Source: an uncultured cyanobacterium
GTDB taxonomy: Bacteria; Cyanobacteriota; Cyanobacteriia; Cyanobacteriales; Nostocaceae
Length of the DNA: 64,000 bases
Direction of reading: 5' to 3'
Assembly (NCBI GenBank): GCA_963740315.1
Contig: CAVUDP010000001.1
Location: 576,001 to 640,000 of the forward strand
Of the stretch, positions 1 through 10,597 are shown in pieces (within the stretch, counting starts at the first letter, position 1; each line of letters opens with the position of its first letter). A model generated the notes under the pieces. It saw nothing but the letters and a program-made list of their open reading frames with translations, did not search any database and had not been told where the DNA came from. Made by a program: the position numbers and the translations under genes.

Positions 1-629
1 CGCTGGTTTTTAGCTTTTTCGGAGTAGAATTTATCCAAGGTAAAGCGCCAGTCGGTTTTGACGGTTCCGGCGGTTTCTCGGAAGTCTTCGTTGTAACGAG
101 GAGTTACCAAGTTAAAAGGACGACCTTCCATGCGTTTGCGCTGGTAAGGTACGGTGTTATCGCCGAAGCTGTTGGTATACTCTTCGCTATCCACAAGGGC
201 ATTAACAAAGCCGTCGAAACCTAAAGTCGCAATTTTGATTGACCAAGCAATTTCTTCTTCTTTATTGTAAGCCGCACGTCCTAATAAACGTCTGAGACAG
301 ATATCTACTAAGCGATAGTTGTTGTTAACTTCAACTACTACGCGGTAAAAAGCTTCAGACTGGGCTAAACCACGAATAAAGTCGCGTGTTGTAATAGAAC
401 CGTTTTTCAACTGAGATTCTAAATTCTTTTGGCGGTTAAAATTTAGAATTTCATGTTCGCTGAAAAGTTGACGATATCCTGCCCAAATGATGTTTTGAAT
501 ATCGGTGTAGTCACCTACGTCTTCTAAACGATAGATATATGGTGTATCTTCGTTTCTGTCAGCTTTACCAAAGCTTTTGACTCTTTGATTTTGAGTGGTG
601 GGTTTGTATTGAAGTAATGGCAATACCAT
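1..629 (-). CDS. cpcG: Phycobilisome rod-core linker, CpcG4-type; runs off the window edge
   Basis: Not in the ORF track. Manual translation from ATG at 629 gives [37 protein letters not shown]...[15 protein letters not shown], the CpcG PBS-linker signature. Confidence 0.9.
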   Translation of the reverse strand, partial: MVLPLLQYKPTTQNQRVKSFGKADRNEDTPYIYRLEDVGDYTDIQNIIWAGYRQLFSEHEILNFNRQKNLESQLKNGSITTRDFIRGLAQSEAFYRVVVEVNNNYRLVDICLRRLLGRAAYNKEEEIAWSIKIATLGFDGFVNALVDSEEYTNSFGDNTVPYQRKRMEGRPFNLVTPRYNEDFRETAGTVKTDWRFTLDKFYSEKAKNQ

Positions 630-705
630 TTGCAATTATCCTCTGATTTTATTAAGTGTTTCAATCCTTTTACTTATTTTCCCTTATGACGGTCAAAGTA
701 AATAA

Positions 706-1449
706 TTATCGCAAGGGGAAACTTGCCGTTGTACTTATAGAAACCGGAATTCCTTCGGGTTTGCTTTCTTTTGTCATGTCGGGAATTTCGATGTTAGCGG
801 TGCTAACTGGCTTATGCTCGACTATTCTTATTGAAGCCGAATTCGCCATATCCAAGAAATTATTGATATCACCCCATTTGTAGCGACTAACTTCTTGCTT
901 ATCGCGCCAATAGTCGGCGTAACGAGGAGTTACTAAGTTAAATGGTCTACCTTTGTAACGGCGACGTTGGTAGGGAACCGTATTTTCTCCAAAGTTAGTT
1001 TGATATTCTTCCGAATCAATCAAAGCATCAACGAAGTTACCCCAACCCAAGGTAGCAATCTTAATTGACCAAGCAATTTCTTCTTCTTTATTGTAAGGCG
1101 CACGTCCTAAAAGACGTTTGAGACAAATTTCAATCACGCGATAGTTGGAGTTTGTCTCAACTACCAAACGTCGAAATGATTCTGACTTCGCCAAACCCCG
1201 GATAAAATCGCGCACGGTAATTGCCCGATTCTTCAACTGAGATTCTAGATTCGATTGACGGTAAAACTTGAGAATTTCGTGTTCGCTGAATACTTGGCGA
1301 TATCCAGCCCAAATTAATTCCTGAATCTCGTCATAGTTAGGAGAATCTTCCAAGCGATAAATTCTAGGTGTATCTTCGCTGGGAACTTCATAACCCTCAA
1401 CCCGCTGGTTTTGAGAACTGGGTTTGTATTCTAATAGTGGAATTGACAT
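706..1449 (-). CDS. cpcG2: Phycobilisome rod-core linker CpcG2
   Basis: 247 aa; [26 protein letters not shown] and VPYQRRR motifs; second cpcG of the operon. Confidence 0.92.
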   Translation of the reverse strand: MSIPLLEYKPSSQNQRVEGYEVPSEDTPRIYRLEDSPNYDEIQELIWAGYRQVFSEHEILKFYRQSNLESQLKNRAITVRDFIRGLAKSESFRRLVVETNSNYRVIEICLKRLLGRAPYNKEEEIAWSIKIATLGWGNFVDALIDSEEYQTNFGENTVPYQRRRYKGRPFNLVTPRYADYWRDKQEVSRYKWGDINNFLDMANSASIRIVEHKPVSTANIEIPDMTKESKPEGIPVSISTTASFPLR

Positions 1450-1660
1450 GGTTTTCTTAGGTTAAAGGTTAAAGGTCCAAAGGTTGGGAGCTAGGAGTGA
1501 GGAGTGAGGAGTTGTGTAATTTTGGATTTTGGATTTTGGATTTTGGATTTTGGATTTTGGATTGGGAATGAGGAGTTATTAATAATTATTTTCCCCTTGT
1601 CCCCTTGTCCCCTTGTCCCCTTGTCCCCCCATCTCCCCATCCCCCCATCTCCCCATCTCT

Positions 1661-2503
1661 TTAAGTAGTCTTCCTACCGGGTACGTAGCGGTAGGGTAAA
1701 GCAACTTCTGTAGGCTTGATGCTAACTTGAGGTGTGGTAGATTCGCGTGTCATATCCGGAATCTCCATGTTTCTAACTTGAGAAGTTACTGTAGCAATGG
1801 TTCTTTGGTAGTTCCGCTCTTCGGTTTTGATACCGCTAGCCATTGACATAAAGTTGCTGGGAATAACTTTGCGAATTTCTTCTCCGGTTGCGTAACCTCC
1901 CGATGTCCGAGCGGTGTAGTAAGAACCACCTCCATAATTCCGCATGGACAGACGGTTACGGAAGTCTGCACCGTAGCGGGGATTTACTAAGTTAAATGGT
2001 CTGCCTTCGTAACGGCGACGCTGGTAGGGTACGATGTCGTTACCGAAGTTCTGGCGGTACTCGTCGCTGTCTACTAAAGCATCGATAAATCCATGCAAAC
2101 CTTTGGTGGCAATAATAATTGACCAAGCTATTTGCTCTTTTTTGTTGTAGGTTGCACGCCCCAAAAACCGTTTGAAGCTGATATCAACTAAGCGGTAGTT
2201 GGAGTTGGTTTCTGCTACTTCTTCCCGGTAAACGTCTGTCTTTCCTAAACCTCGGATGAAATCGCGCACGTCGATCGCCCGATTCCGCATTTGCGATTCT
2301 AGATAGGGTTGGCGATATGTCTGTAATATCAAGTGTTCGCTGAAAATTTGACGATAACCAGCCCAGATGATTTCATCAATATCTTGATCTGAGGTGGCAT
2401 CTGTCAATCTATACATAAGGGGCGTGTCTTCGCTAGGCACTTCATAGCCTTCGACACGCTGATTTTGAGAACTGGGTTTATAATCAAGTACTGGGATTGA
2501 CAT
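1661..2503 (-). CDS. cpcG1: Phycobilisome rod-core linker CpcG1
   Basis: 280 aa PBS-linker domain; first cpcG after cpcF. Confidence 0.92.
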   Translation of the reverse strand: MSIPVLDYKPSSQNQRVEGYEVPSEDTPLMYRLTDATSDQDIDEIIWAGYRQIFSEHLILQTYRQPYLESQMRNRAIDVRDFIRGLGKTDVYREEVAETNSNYRLVDISFKRFLGRATYNKKEQIAWSIIIATKGLHGFIDALVDSDEYRQNFGNDIVPYQRRRYEGRPFNLVNPRYGADFRNRLSMRNYGGGSYYTARTSGGYATGEEIRKVIPSNFMSMASGIKTEERNYQRTIATVTSQVRNMEIPDMTRESTTPQVSIKPTEVALPYRYVPGRKTT

Positions 2504-2583
2504 AAGTATTATTTTATGTAATTGGACATCTGTAAAAATCCCCCCAACCCTCCCAATTTGCCGCTAATTTGAGGGGCTTTTTA

Positions 2584-3204
2584 TTAACTGGCGACTTGCT
2601 GTGTCGCTAAAACTACGCGGGCGCGAACGGCTGCTTCAGCATCGCTTGCACGCATTTGAGAAAACTTTGCTGCAATTTCCTGGTGTAAACTCGGAATTTT
2701 TGCTAACTCCTGCAAACCAACAACAGCAGCATAGCGAATTGCCCAGTCTGCATCTTGAGTAATTGAAAGCAGGGTGGAAAGTGCTTTTTTTTGCGCGATC
2801 GCCCGACAATTTTCATCGAGAAGGTGCCACTGTAAGCAACCCAGCCCTTTGGCAGCAGCCCGACGCACGCTAGGAGCAAAGTCTGTTTGGGCGGCTTCTA
2901 ATAATAAGTCTAAGGCATCGGGGTGAGCGATCGCTGCTAAGGTGCGAATTGAATAAGCTCGTGCGCCATAGTTATAATCATCAATTTGTTCGAGCAGTTG
3001 CGGTACGGCTATTTCCCCAAACTCTGTTAACCCAATAACCGCTATTACTGCGGCGGCGGGATTGTTATATCCAAATACGGCAATCAAAGTGGGAATTGCT
3101 GCCGTGTCTTTTACTGCTACTAAGTTGTTTACTGCCGACACCATTCCGACAGACGAATCAGCCTCGGTGACGGCGCGAATTAAGTTTGGGGTGTCGGCGA
3201 TCAT
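2584..3204 (-). CDS. cpcF: Phycocyanin alpha-subunit PCB lyase, beta subunit
   Basis: GYNNPAAA, DDYNYGARAY and DFAPSVRRAAAKGLG HEAT motifs; follows cpcE. Confidence 0.95.
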   Translation of the reverse strand: MIADTPNLIRAVTEADSSVGMVSAVNNLVAVKDTAAIPTLIAVFGYNNPAAAVIAVIGLTEFGEIAVPQLLEQIDDYNYGARAYSIRTLAAIAHPDALDLLLEAAQTDFAPSVRRAAAKGLGCLQWHLLDENCRAIAQKKALSTLLSITQDADWAIRYAAVVGLQELAKIPSLHQEIAAKFSQMRASDAEAAVRARVVLATQQVAS

Positions 3205-3451
3205 GAATTTTAGATTTTAGATACTTCGGCAAGCTCAGCACAAGTTTTGGATTTTGGATTAAAAATATTTTGCTAAGATTTCGGATTTGGGAATTAGGGG
3301 TTAGGAGTTACGAGTTAGTTGTAAATAAAATATTACCGTTTGAATTAGGTTTTTGCGTCGTTTCGTGATTCTAATAAATGTGGATAAGACGTAGCAGTGC
3401 GGAACTCTCTACAAAGTGACTTGTAGGCAATCAAAATCAACTAACAACTAA

Positions 3452-4273
3452 CTATAAAAGCGAATCCATTAGTTGCATTAACTTGATGGCGTTATCGTTG
3501 AGGGTAAATGGTTCTCCTTGAAGCTGATTTTCCAGCAAACCCTTGAGGGCTATTAGTTTGAAGCTGTTTTCAACGGAGGCAGTTTTAATTGTGTCTGCTG
3601 CTTCCATATATCCCACGGCACCCAAATCACTTAATGCCATGCGACGCAGTTTCAAATCGCTGTTTTGCAATACTTGTACCAACCGCTCTCCATATTCTGG
3701 TTTTCTTGTTAATTGGTACATTGCTCTAGCGGCAGCACACTGCACCCGGATTACCGGATGTTCGAGAAATGGCTGAATAATATCTATAGTTTCAACTGCA
3801 CCAATTGCACCTAAAGCTTCTAATACTGCTTCGTAAGGCTGGGTTAAGTGAGGTCTTCCGGGTACTTTTACGGCTGCCTCTACACCTCCATCTAATAGCT
3901 GTAACAGTGCAGGAGTAGCGCTTGCATCGCCCAGCATTTCTAAAGATTGGGCTGCGGCTTCACGCACGTAAAAATCCGAGCATTCCAAGCATTTAATTAA
4001 ACCTGGTACCGCTCGGTTATCGCTTAATTTACCTAAAGCTCTTGCAGCATTACGTCGTAGAGGATAGCCCCCTAATTCCGTGCGATCGGCAACGTCAGCT
4101 AAAGCTGCAATTAAGGCATCAACGACTTCCGGATTATTGACGCGAAACTTACCCAGCCACCAAGCAGCATAATAGCGGAGACTTAAGTCTTCAGATTGCA
4201 GATTAACAATTGCTTGCTGTGGGGTGAGTTGTGGTGCGTTTTCTGTAGTATCTTCCGCACTCGGTTCAATCAT
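3452..4273 (-). CDS. cpcE: Phycocyanin alpha-subunit PCB lyase, alpha subunit
   Basis: RYYAAWWLG and GGYPLRRNAARALG motifs. ATG at 4273 with GAGGG upstream is preferred over the ORF-track start at 4282. Confidence 0.95.
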   Translation of the reverse strand: MIEPSAEDTTENAPQLTPQQAIVNLQSEDLSLRYYAAWWLGKFRVNNPEVVDALIAALADVADRTELGGYPLRRNAARALGKLSDNRAVPGLIKCLECSDFYVREAAAQSLEMLGDASATPALLQLLDGGVEAAVKVPGRPHLTQPYEAVLEALGAIGAVETIDIIQPFLEHPVIRVQCAAARAMYQLTRKPEYGERLVQVLQNSDLKLRRMALSDLGAVGYMEAADTIKTASVENSFKLIALKGLLENQLQGEPFTLNDNAIKLMQLMDSLL

Positions 4274-4288
4274 CGCCCTCAAAATATA

Positions 4289-4585
4289 CTATTTTTTCTT
4301 TTCCGATTTAGATTTTTTTCCTTCAGATTCGCTATCAGGCTTAAGTGCAGATTCAGCGGTAACTTGCTCAATATTCAGAATCTTACCGCCCATGCGGGTA
4401 ATCCGCTGCATTTCTTCGTTCATGCGGTTGTATGGTACCGTCATGAATACGCTACCGCTACGACGAATTTGATAGTTATTCTTATCAGTTTCCTCGTTCT
4501 GACGTAAACCTACAACTTCATAACGAAACATCCGGCTTTTTGCACTAGAAATTCCGTTAGTACCAACTGTTGTTTGTCCGTACAT
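4289..4585 (-). CDS. cpcD: Rod-capping linker CpcD with charged C-terminal extension
   Basis: SRMFRYEVVGL...VPYNRMNEEMQRITRMGGKI CpcD domain. Confidence 0.95.
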   Translation of the reverse strand: MYGQTTVGTNGISSAKSRMFRYEVVGLRQNEETDKNNYQIRRSGSVFMTVPYNRMNEEMQRITRMGGKILNIEQVTAESALKPDSESEGKKSKSEKKK

Positions 4586-4784
4586 TAAATTACTCCCCCG
4601 TTACGATTTTAGATTTTAGATTTTAGATTTTAGATTTTGGATTTTGGATTGAGAGTTAGGAGTGAGGAGTGAGGATCACCGGAGTTAGGACCACCGGAGT
4701 TAGGAGTTTTCTACCCCCTCTACCCCCTCTCCCCTTGTCTCCTTGTCTCCCCATCCCCCAATCTCCCCATCCCCCCCTCTCTCC

Positions 4785-5645
4785 CTAAGCTGGCGTTACG
4801 CTAACAATCTTCCCGCCTTGACGCACAATTTGCTGCATCTTATCTGAAAGGCGTTCGTAAGGTACGACGATCGCGTAGCTGCTGCGTCTGACTTTGGGAT
4901 ATTTTGGAAAAAGCTGACCTGTTACTTCGATGCGATACGAGCGATCGCCTGTTCCGACTGCATTTCCAATATTTTTTCTTGGTGATACATCGTTAGTTGC
5001 ACGGTAGTTCCAGTTACTGTTACTACCCGATGGTCCCACAATCGAAGACGCGCTGTTGGTTCCTAATTCTCTGGCTAAACGAGACTTGCTGCCTTCTACC
5101 TGAGCGCGATCGCTATTTGCATAACCCCGGTATAAACGGAACATCCGGTTAAAACCGACAGTTTTCTGTCCCGGTTGGGTTGAAAATCCGCGATAGTAAG
5201 GTACTATGTTATCTCCGAAATTTTCCGTATACTCCATCGAGTCTATGTATGAGTCTATGTCAACGTCGTACCCTTTGTTATGGTACACATCGTTGTGATA
5301 GCTTACTTCCGACTCATCGTAAGGAGCGCGTCCTAATAAATGTTTGTAGTTTAATTCGATAAACCGAGTCTGGAAACTGTTGTAGAAAAACTTATTCTTA
5401 TACAATTCAGATTTTGCTACCGCACGCACAAACTCGCGCACTGTCATATTTCCATCACACAAAAGTGACTCTGCACTTTTGAGTCTTTCCGCAGCCATTA
5501 AATAATCATTACCTAAAAGCTGCAAATATACCGCACGAATTACGCCTTGTACATCTTCCTTTGTGGCGTTCGGACGTAATTCGACTCTTGGTAACTCATC
5601 AAAGGCTTCCGTTCCCAGCCTGGATGCTGCTGATGTAATCGCCAT
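4785..5645 (-). CDS. cpcC: Phycocyanin rod linker CpcC
   Basis: [11 protein letters not shown] start, [12 protein letters not shown] motif, C-terminal CpcD-like domain. Confidence 0.96.
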   Translation of the reverse strand: MAITSAASRLGTEAFDELPRVELRPNATKEDVQGVIRAVYLQLLGNDYLMAAERLKSAESLLCDGNMTVREFVRAVAKSELYKNKFFYNSFQTRFIELNYKHLLGRAPYDESEVSYHNDVYHNKGYDVDIDSYIDSMEYTENFGDNIVPYYRGFSTQPGQKTVGFNRMFRLYRGYANSDRAQVEGSKSRLARELGTNSASSIVGPSGSNSNWNYRATNDVSPRKNIGNAVGTGDRSYRIEVTGQLFPKYPKVRRSSYAIVVPYERLSDKMQQIVRQGGKIVSVTPA

Positions 5646-5727
5646 TGTTAATATCCCCTTTATTTTCCCGCTTGCAGTTGAAGCGATTTTTGATAAAATT
5701 TTTTATCTAACTAACTGTCAAAAACAA

Positions 5728-5790
5728 TGCCCGGAAACCGATACAACTGCTAGGTGATAAACCCCATCCAGCAGCACCACTCTCCGGGCA
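5728..5790 (-). terminator. Stem-loop after cpcA (partial terminator or mRNA stabiliser)
   Basis: TGCCCGGA (5728-5735) and TCCGGGCA (5783-5790) form an inverted repeat just after the cpcA stop. Confidence 0.6.
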
Positions 5791-5800
5791 GAACGCTCTA

Positions 5801-6289
5801 CTAACTTAAAGCGTTGATTGCGTAATCGATGTAGGTGTTGGCTTCGTTAGCAGCTTGACCGCTTAAACCGTGACTGTTTTTGATGTTCTTCAAAGCTTCT
5901 ACGTACCAGCTAGGAGACAATTCAAAAGAACGGTTGATTTCATCCAAACCTGCAATCAAGTACTCATCCATAGGACCTGTACCACCAGCTACCAAGCAGT
6001 AAGTTACCATGCGTAGGTAGTGACCTACGTCACGAGCGCACTTGGACTTACCACGAGAATCAGCAGCGTACTGAGGTCCCTGCATCTGAGTGGTGTAAGG
6101 ATATTTCTGATACACAGCTTGAGCCGCGCCATCAATCAACTGCTGAGCTTTGGAAGTCAAAGCGCGAGCAGCTTCCATGCTAGCAGCAGCGCGATCGAAA
6201 CGACCGTTAACAGCTTGCAATTCGGTGTTGCTTAAGAAGCGACCTTGGGTATCAGCAGATGCAATTGCTTCAGTAATTGGTGTTTTCAT
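5801..6289 (-). CDS. cpcA: C-phycocyanin alpha subunit
   Basis: 162 aa; [20 protein letters not shown] start and KCARD chromophore Cys. Confidence 0.98.
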   Translation of the reverse strand: MKTPITEAIASADTQGRFLSNTELQAVNGRFDRAAASMEAARALTSKAQQLIDGAAQAVYQKYPYTTQMQGPQYAADSRGKSKCARDVGHYLRMVTYCLVAGGTGPMDEYLIAGLDEINRSFELSPSWYVEALKNIKNSHGLSGQAANEANTYIDYAINALS

Positions 6290-6387
6290 GTCTTACAATC
6301 TCCTTTAATGTCTTGTTCTTTTTTTTGCCTGAATACCGATTTCTCGGTTCCGGGTTTCTTTACTCGTGAGATAACAGTATTTCGCTA

Positions 6388-6906
6388 TTACGCAACCGCA
6401 GCAGCAGCACGGTCAAAGTAACCACCCAATTCAGACATCAATTGGCTGCAATCACCCTTGGTGATACCGTTGGGATCGTTAGCCATCTTGATAGCAGTAT
6501 CCTTCATTTTCTGAACGCCAACTGCTACGGAAGAACCGGGAGTACCCAAAGCTTGGTAAGTTTCGCGCAAACCATTCAAGCAGCGATCGTCTAATACACT
6601 TGCGTCACCAGCCAACATAGCGTAGGTAACATAGCGCAAGATGATTTCCATATCGCGCAAGCAAGCAGCCATACGACGGTTGGTGTAAGCGTTACCACCA
6701 GGAGCAATTAACTGGGGCTGCTCTTCAAACAATGAACGAGCCGCATCGGTAACGATTTGAGAAGCATTGCTGGTGATGCGGTTTACGGTATCCAAACGAG
6801 AATTCTTATCCTTAATCATGTTGCTTAGAGCATCTAGTTGCTCTGAGCTTAAGAATTCACCTCTGGAGTCAGCTTGGGAAACTACCTTAGCGAATGCGTC
6901 TAACAT
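6388..6906 (-). CDS. cpcB: C-phycocyanin beta subunit
   Basis: 172 aa; [17 protein letters not shown] and GDCS chromophore sites. Confidence 0.98.
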   Translation of the reverse strand: MLDAFAKVVSQADSRGEFLSSEQLDALSNMIKDKNSRLDTVNRITSNASQIVTDAARSLFEEQPQLIAPGGNAYTNRRMAACLRDMEIILRYVTYAMLAGDASVLDDRCLNGLRETYQALGTPGSSVAVGVQKMKDTAIKMANDPNGITKGDCSQLMSELGGYFDRAAAAVA

Positions 6907-7539
6907 CGACTTTTCTCCTGATTGCTTAGTTTTTAAGTATTGCCTTGATTAAAAATGGCAGCGTTTTATCAACGGACGGGATATAACAGATGTTGTTTAA
7001 ACTGCCTTTTTATTTTTCTCAATTTCTTCATTCGGGAAAATCGAATTAGAAATATGAGAATCTTGGCTTATTTTATGAGAAACTGACAACCTTTACAAAC
7101 TGATTGTCTTTTTTAACTTTTGCCTGTTATTTACCCCTCCAAATTATGTTTATACACTGCTATCAGTGCAGAATTTATTACAAAATGTTAATAAATGCGA
7201 TCCTGCAATAAGAAATACCGCAAATCCTTTACATATAAGAACTTTGCCTTAAAAAATGGTTTTTTTTCTGTTACAAAACTTTGCCTATTACCCAAAAAAC
7301 ACGAAATAGTTACGTTTTAAGCTTTTCTTAACTATCTTAGAACCCCATATTTCACAGGTATTTGAGTACCATGATACAATCCAAGCCAACAAATCATCCT
7401 TAATAGTTGTTAACAAAATCTGGGCATTTGCCAAATGTAAATTTTTGAAAACTTTTTGATGGCAATGAAGTAAAGAAAATCCCGAAAAGCCTGTAAATAA
7501 AGGAAATTAGGAAAAAGTTCCCAGCGAACAGTTCCTGGA

Positions 7540-7811
7540 GGCGGGGATGGGGAGATGGGGAGAGGGGGAGATGGGGAGATGGGGAGAGGGGGAGAGGGGG
7601 AGATGGGGAGATGGGGAGATGGGGAGATGGGGAGAGGGGGAGATGGGGAGATGGGGAGATGGGGAGAGGGGGAGATGGGGAGATGGGGAGATGGGGAGAT
7701 GGGGAAGAGAGGGAAGAAATAAAAGCTGGTAACTGGTAACTGGTAACTGGTAACTGGTAACTGGTAACTGGTAACTGTTAACTGGTAACTGATAACTGGT
7801 AACTGTTAACT
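7540..7811. repeat. STRR tracts: (GGGGAGAT/GGGGAGAG)n followed by (AACTGGT)n
   Basis: Tandem 8-mers at about 7543-7705 and 7-mers at about 7726-7811, visible directly. Confidence 0.95.
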
Positions 7812-8312
7812 GTCTACCGCTGCTGAAATTCGAGATCGTACAACTTTGTCAGATTCTTGTTTTAGTGCTTGGTGTAAAGCGATATTGGCATCAGGGGTAG
7901 CAATTTCTTGTAAAGCAACCGCAGCGGCATAACGTAAACCCCAATCTTCGGGGTTGAGTAGCGCCCAAATCAGTTTTTGCTCCGCGTGGTGGATAATTTG
8001 CGGGTTATTTGAAGTGCTGCCAATGCGCCCAAGTCCCCTTGCTGCGATGCGACGGACGTTTCCTTGGCAATGATTGGCAACTTCGGTACCTACAACTTCA
8101 GCTAATAAATCAAGAGCTTCTGGATTTCCAATTCGAGCCAATGTCTGAACAATATAAGCCTGTATGTTTTGGTCGGTAGAATCATAAAAAGCATCAATCA
8201 AAGGTTGTACCGTTTTAGGTGCAGACTCAACCAAAGCCTCAACCGCAGCAGCACTGACACGAGGATTGTAATGTTTTAAAGAATCAATGAAAGCATTTAT
8301 TGCAAAAACCAT
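7806..8312 (-). CDS. pecF: Phycoviolobilin lyase-isomerase subunit PecF
   Basis: Contains EVANHCQGNVRRIAARGLG (the PecF HC motif) and EDWGLRYAA. Start placed at ATG 8312 because the upstream ORF extension is STRR-derived (IQNLKSKI). Confidence 0.93.
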   Translation of the reverse strand: MVFAINAFIDSLKHYNPRVSAAAVEALVESAPKTVQPLIDAFYDSTDQNIQAYIVQTLARIGNPEALDLLAEVVGTEVANHCQGNVRRIAARGLGRIGSTSNNPQIIHHAEQKLIWALLNPEDWGLRYAAAVALQEIATPDANIALHQALKQESDKVVRSRISAAVDS

Positions 8313-8646
8313 AGGAATTTTAGATTTTAGATTTTGGATTTTAACAACGGATGTTTTTAACAACGGATGCGTTTGTTTTGTTTTAGATTAAAATTTTTTA
8401 TGGAGCTAGAGTTATGAGTAATTAAGGTCTGCATGTTAAAGGTTAAAGGTCTGCATGTTAAAATTCCCCTTGTCTCCCCATCCCCCCCGCTCGCCGCACG
8501 CTCCGCGTGTTCAGCGCGGCACGACTCGTTAGAGTAACGGGTTGCGCCACTTCTCTCAACGGTCGTGTTCCTCCGCACGTTTTGGGCTTACCATCTCCCC
8601 ATCTCCCCCCTCTACCCCCTCTCCCCCCTCTACCCCCATCCCCCAT

Positions 8647-9402
8647 TCAAAGCTGCATTAATAAATCATCAATTGCTTGAAAAATTAATTGAGATGTTTC
8701 TTTTTCTGGGGTATCGTTATCTAATACAGTTTCTAAAATTCGCTTCAAATTTAACAGCTTCAAACTCGACGGAACTGTAGCTGTGAGGATGGCTTCTACT
8801 GCTTGACGATGTGCAACCGCGCCTAAATCGAAAACGGCTGCCCAACGCACGTACATATTTTCATGGTTGAGATATTTTAGAATGCGATCGAGGTATTGCG
8901 GTTGTTGAGTTAAAACATAAAAATATCGGGCTGCGGCACATTGAATTCTTTCGTTCGTATGATTTAAATAAGGTTCAACTAAATAACGGGCTGCATCAAC
9001 TTTTAAAGTTGCAAATGCTTCAATCAAAGCTTCGTATGGCTGCTGGCGATCGCATTGCATCATCTTCAATAAAGGATCGATAGCTTTGCGATCGCCAATA
9101 GCAGCTAAAGCTTGAATTGCTGCTTCTCGCAAACGAAAATCTTCGCATTCGCAAGCTTTAATTAATGCTTCAACAGCAGATCGATTCTTTAATTCTCCTA
9201 ATGCGCGTGCAGCTTGACGGCGTAGAGGATATCCACCCGACGGAATGCGATAGGCTTCATCAAACAAAGCTTCACATAACGCCGCACAACTTTCTTGCAC
9301 TCGATGCTTTCCCAACCACCAAGCAGCATAATAGCGGATTTGATTATCTTCACTTTGCAAAGCTGCTTCCGCCGCCGGAGCAGAAAAAATTTGTTCGTTC
9401 AT
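8647..9402 (-). CDS. pecE: Phycoviolobilin lyase-isomerase subunit PecE
   Basis: RYYAAWWLG and GGYPLRRQAARALG motifs; lies between pecC and pecF. Confidence 0.93.
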   Translation of the reverse strand: MNEQIFSAPAAEAALQSEDNQIRYYAAWWLGKHRVQESCAALCEALFDEAYRIPSGGYPLRRQAARALGELKNRSAVEALIKACECEDFRLREAAIQALAAIGDRKAIDPLLKMMQCDRQQPYEALIEAFATLKVDAARYLVEPYLNHTNERIQCAAARYFYVLTQQPQYLDRILKYLNHENMYVRWAAVFDLGAVAHRQAVEAILTATVPSSLKLLNLKRILETVLDNDTPEKETSQLIFQAIDDLLMQL

Positions 9403-9601
9403 CAAGGAATTTTGGATTTTAGATTTTAGATTTTGGATTGCGAAAGTGAGGAGTGAGGAGTGAGGAGTGAGGAGTGAGGAGTTAATAAAGTTAAAGTTTC
9501 ACTTTGTCCCCTTGTCACCTTGTCTCCCCATCTCCCCATCTCCCCATCCCCCCATCCCCCCATCTCCCCCATCCCCCCATCCCCCCATCTCCCCATCCCT
9601 T

Positions 9602-10438
9602 CTAAGCTGGTGTAATTTTCGTAATCTTACCGCCGCGTTTGTGAATTTCTTGGTATGTGTCTGAGAGACGGCTGTAAGGTACGGTGTAAACTTGTCTGGT
9701 GCGACGCACGGCTACGTTGGTATTACGGGTACCTGCGATCGCTTCAATCAAAAACATTCGATTATCTCCTCGTGGTGCGGAACTAATTAATGTTGGTGCT
9801 GTTGATGTAAAGCTTGAGGCAGGGGAGGTTGGCGGTATAATCATGTTTGCTTGGTTTTTGGAAATTTGTCCCCGCAAACGCGAATTTTTACCGCCGTATT
9901 GAGCGTTATCGCTGTTACCAAAGCCTCTGTGTAATGCAAATATCCGGTTATACCCTACGGTTTTCATGCCGGGGATTGAGCTAAATCCACGCAAATAAGG
10001 AACGGTATAGCTACCGAAGGCGCTTTCGTATTCGGAACTATAAAGGTAGGATTCAATTTCTGCATCATAACCACTAGCAGCGTAGAGGTCTGTATGATAG
10101 GCTATTTCTGATTGCTCGTAAGGCGCACGTCCGAGTAAGTGCTTGTAATTTAATTCAATAAACCGGATTTGGGAGTTACTTTGAAAAAAGCTTTCTTTGT
10201 AGAAATCAGATTTTGCTAAGGTTTCTACAAATTGCCGCACGTCAATTTTACCGTTACGTAATAAAGACTCGGCGCTAGTAAATTTTTCGCTGGCATATAT
10301 TCCTTGACGACCAAAAATGTGGTTGTAAGCTGCTCTAAATACCAACTGTAAATCGTCTTCGCTCCAATTTTGACGCAGTTCTACTTTATTACCAACTACG
10401 TCTCTAATTGCTAATCTTTCAGAAACTGAACTAGTCAT
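9602..10438 (-). CDS. pecC: Phycoerythrocyanin rod linker
   Basis: [13 protein letters not shown] start, [12 protein letters not shown] motif, C-terminal CpcD-like domain; follows pecA. Confidence 0.95.
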   Translation of the reverse strand: MTSSVSERLAIRDVVGNKVELRQNWSEDDLQLVFRAAYNHIFGRQGIYASEKFTSAESLLRNGKIDVRQFVETLAKSDFYKESFFQSNSQIRFIELNYKHLLGRAPYEQSEIAYHTDLYAASGYDAEIESYLYSSEYESAFGSYTVPYLRGFSSIPGMKTVGYNRIFALHRGFGNSDNAQYGGKNSRLRGQISKNQANMIIPPTSPASSFTSTAPTLISSAPRGDNRMFLIEAIAGTRNTNVAVRRTRQVYTVPYSRLSDTYQEIHKRGGKITKITPA

Positions 10439-10487
10439 ATGTACAATTTTTCCTTTGATTACAGGTTTGTTAATTCAAAATGCAAAT

Positions 10488-10551
10488 AAACCCGGAATAT
10501 CGGGAATAATCAAGCAATATTCGCTTTTTTACTCTCGAATCAACCGGGTTT
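10488..10551 (-). terminator. Stem-loop after pecA
   Basis: AAACCCGG...CCGGGTTT inverted repeat, positioned like the cpcA hairpin. Confidence 0.5.
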
Positions 10552-10597
10552 TTAACGCTTCACGAACAAGGTTTAGGGATAAATAAGCAGGGCTGTC

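Noticed and set aside
7547..7732. 61-aa ORF (MGRWGEGE)n; similar ORFs at 8458-8646, 9467-9664 and 61838-62032
   Set aside because: These are translations of STRR tandem repeats with no coding signal.
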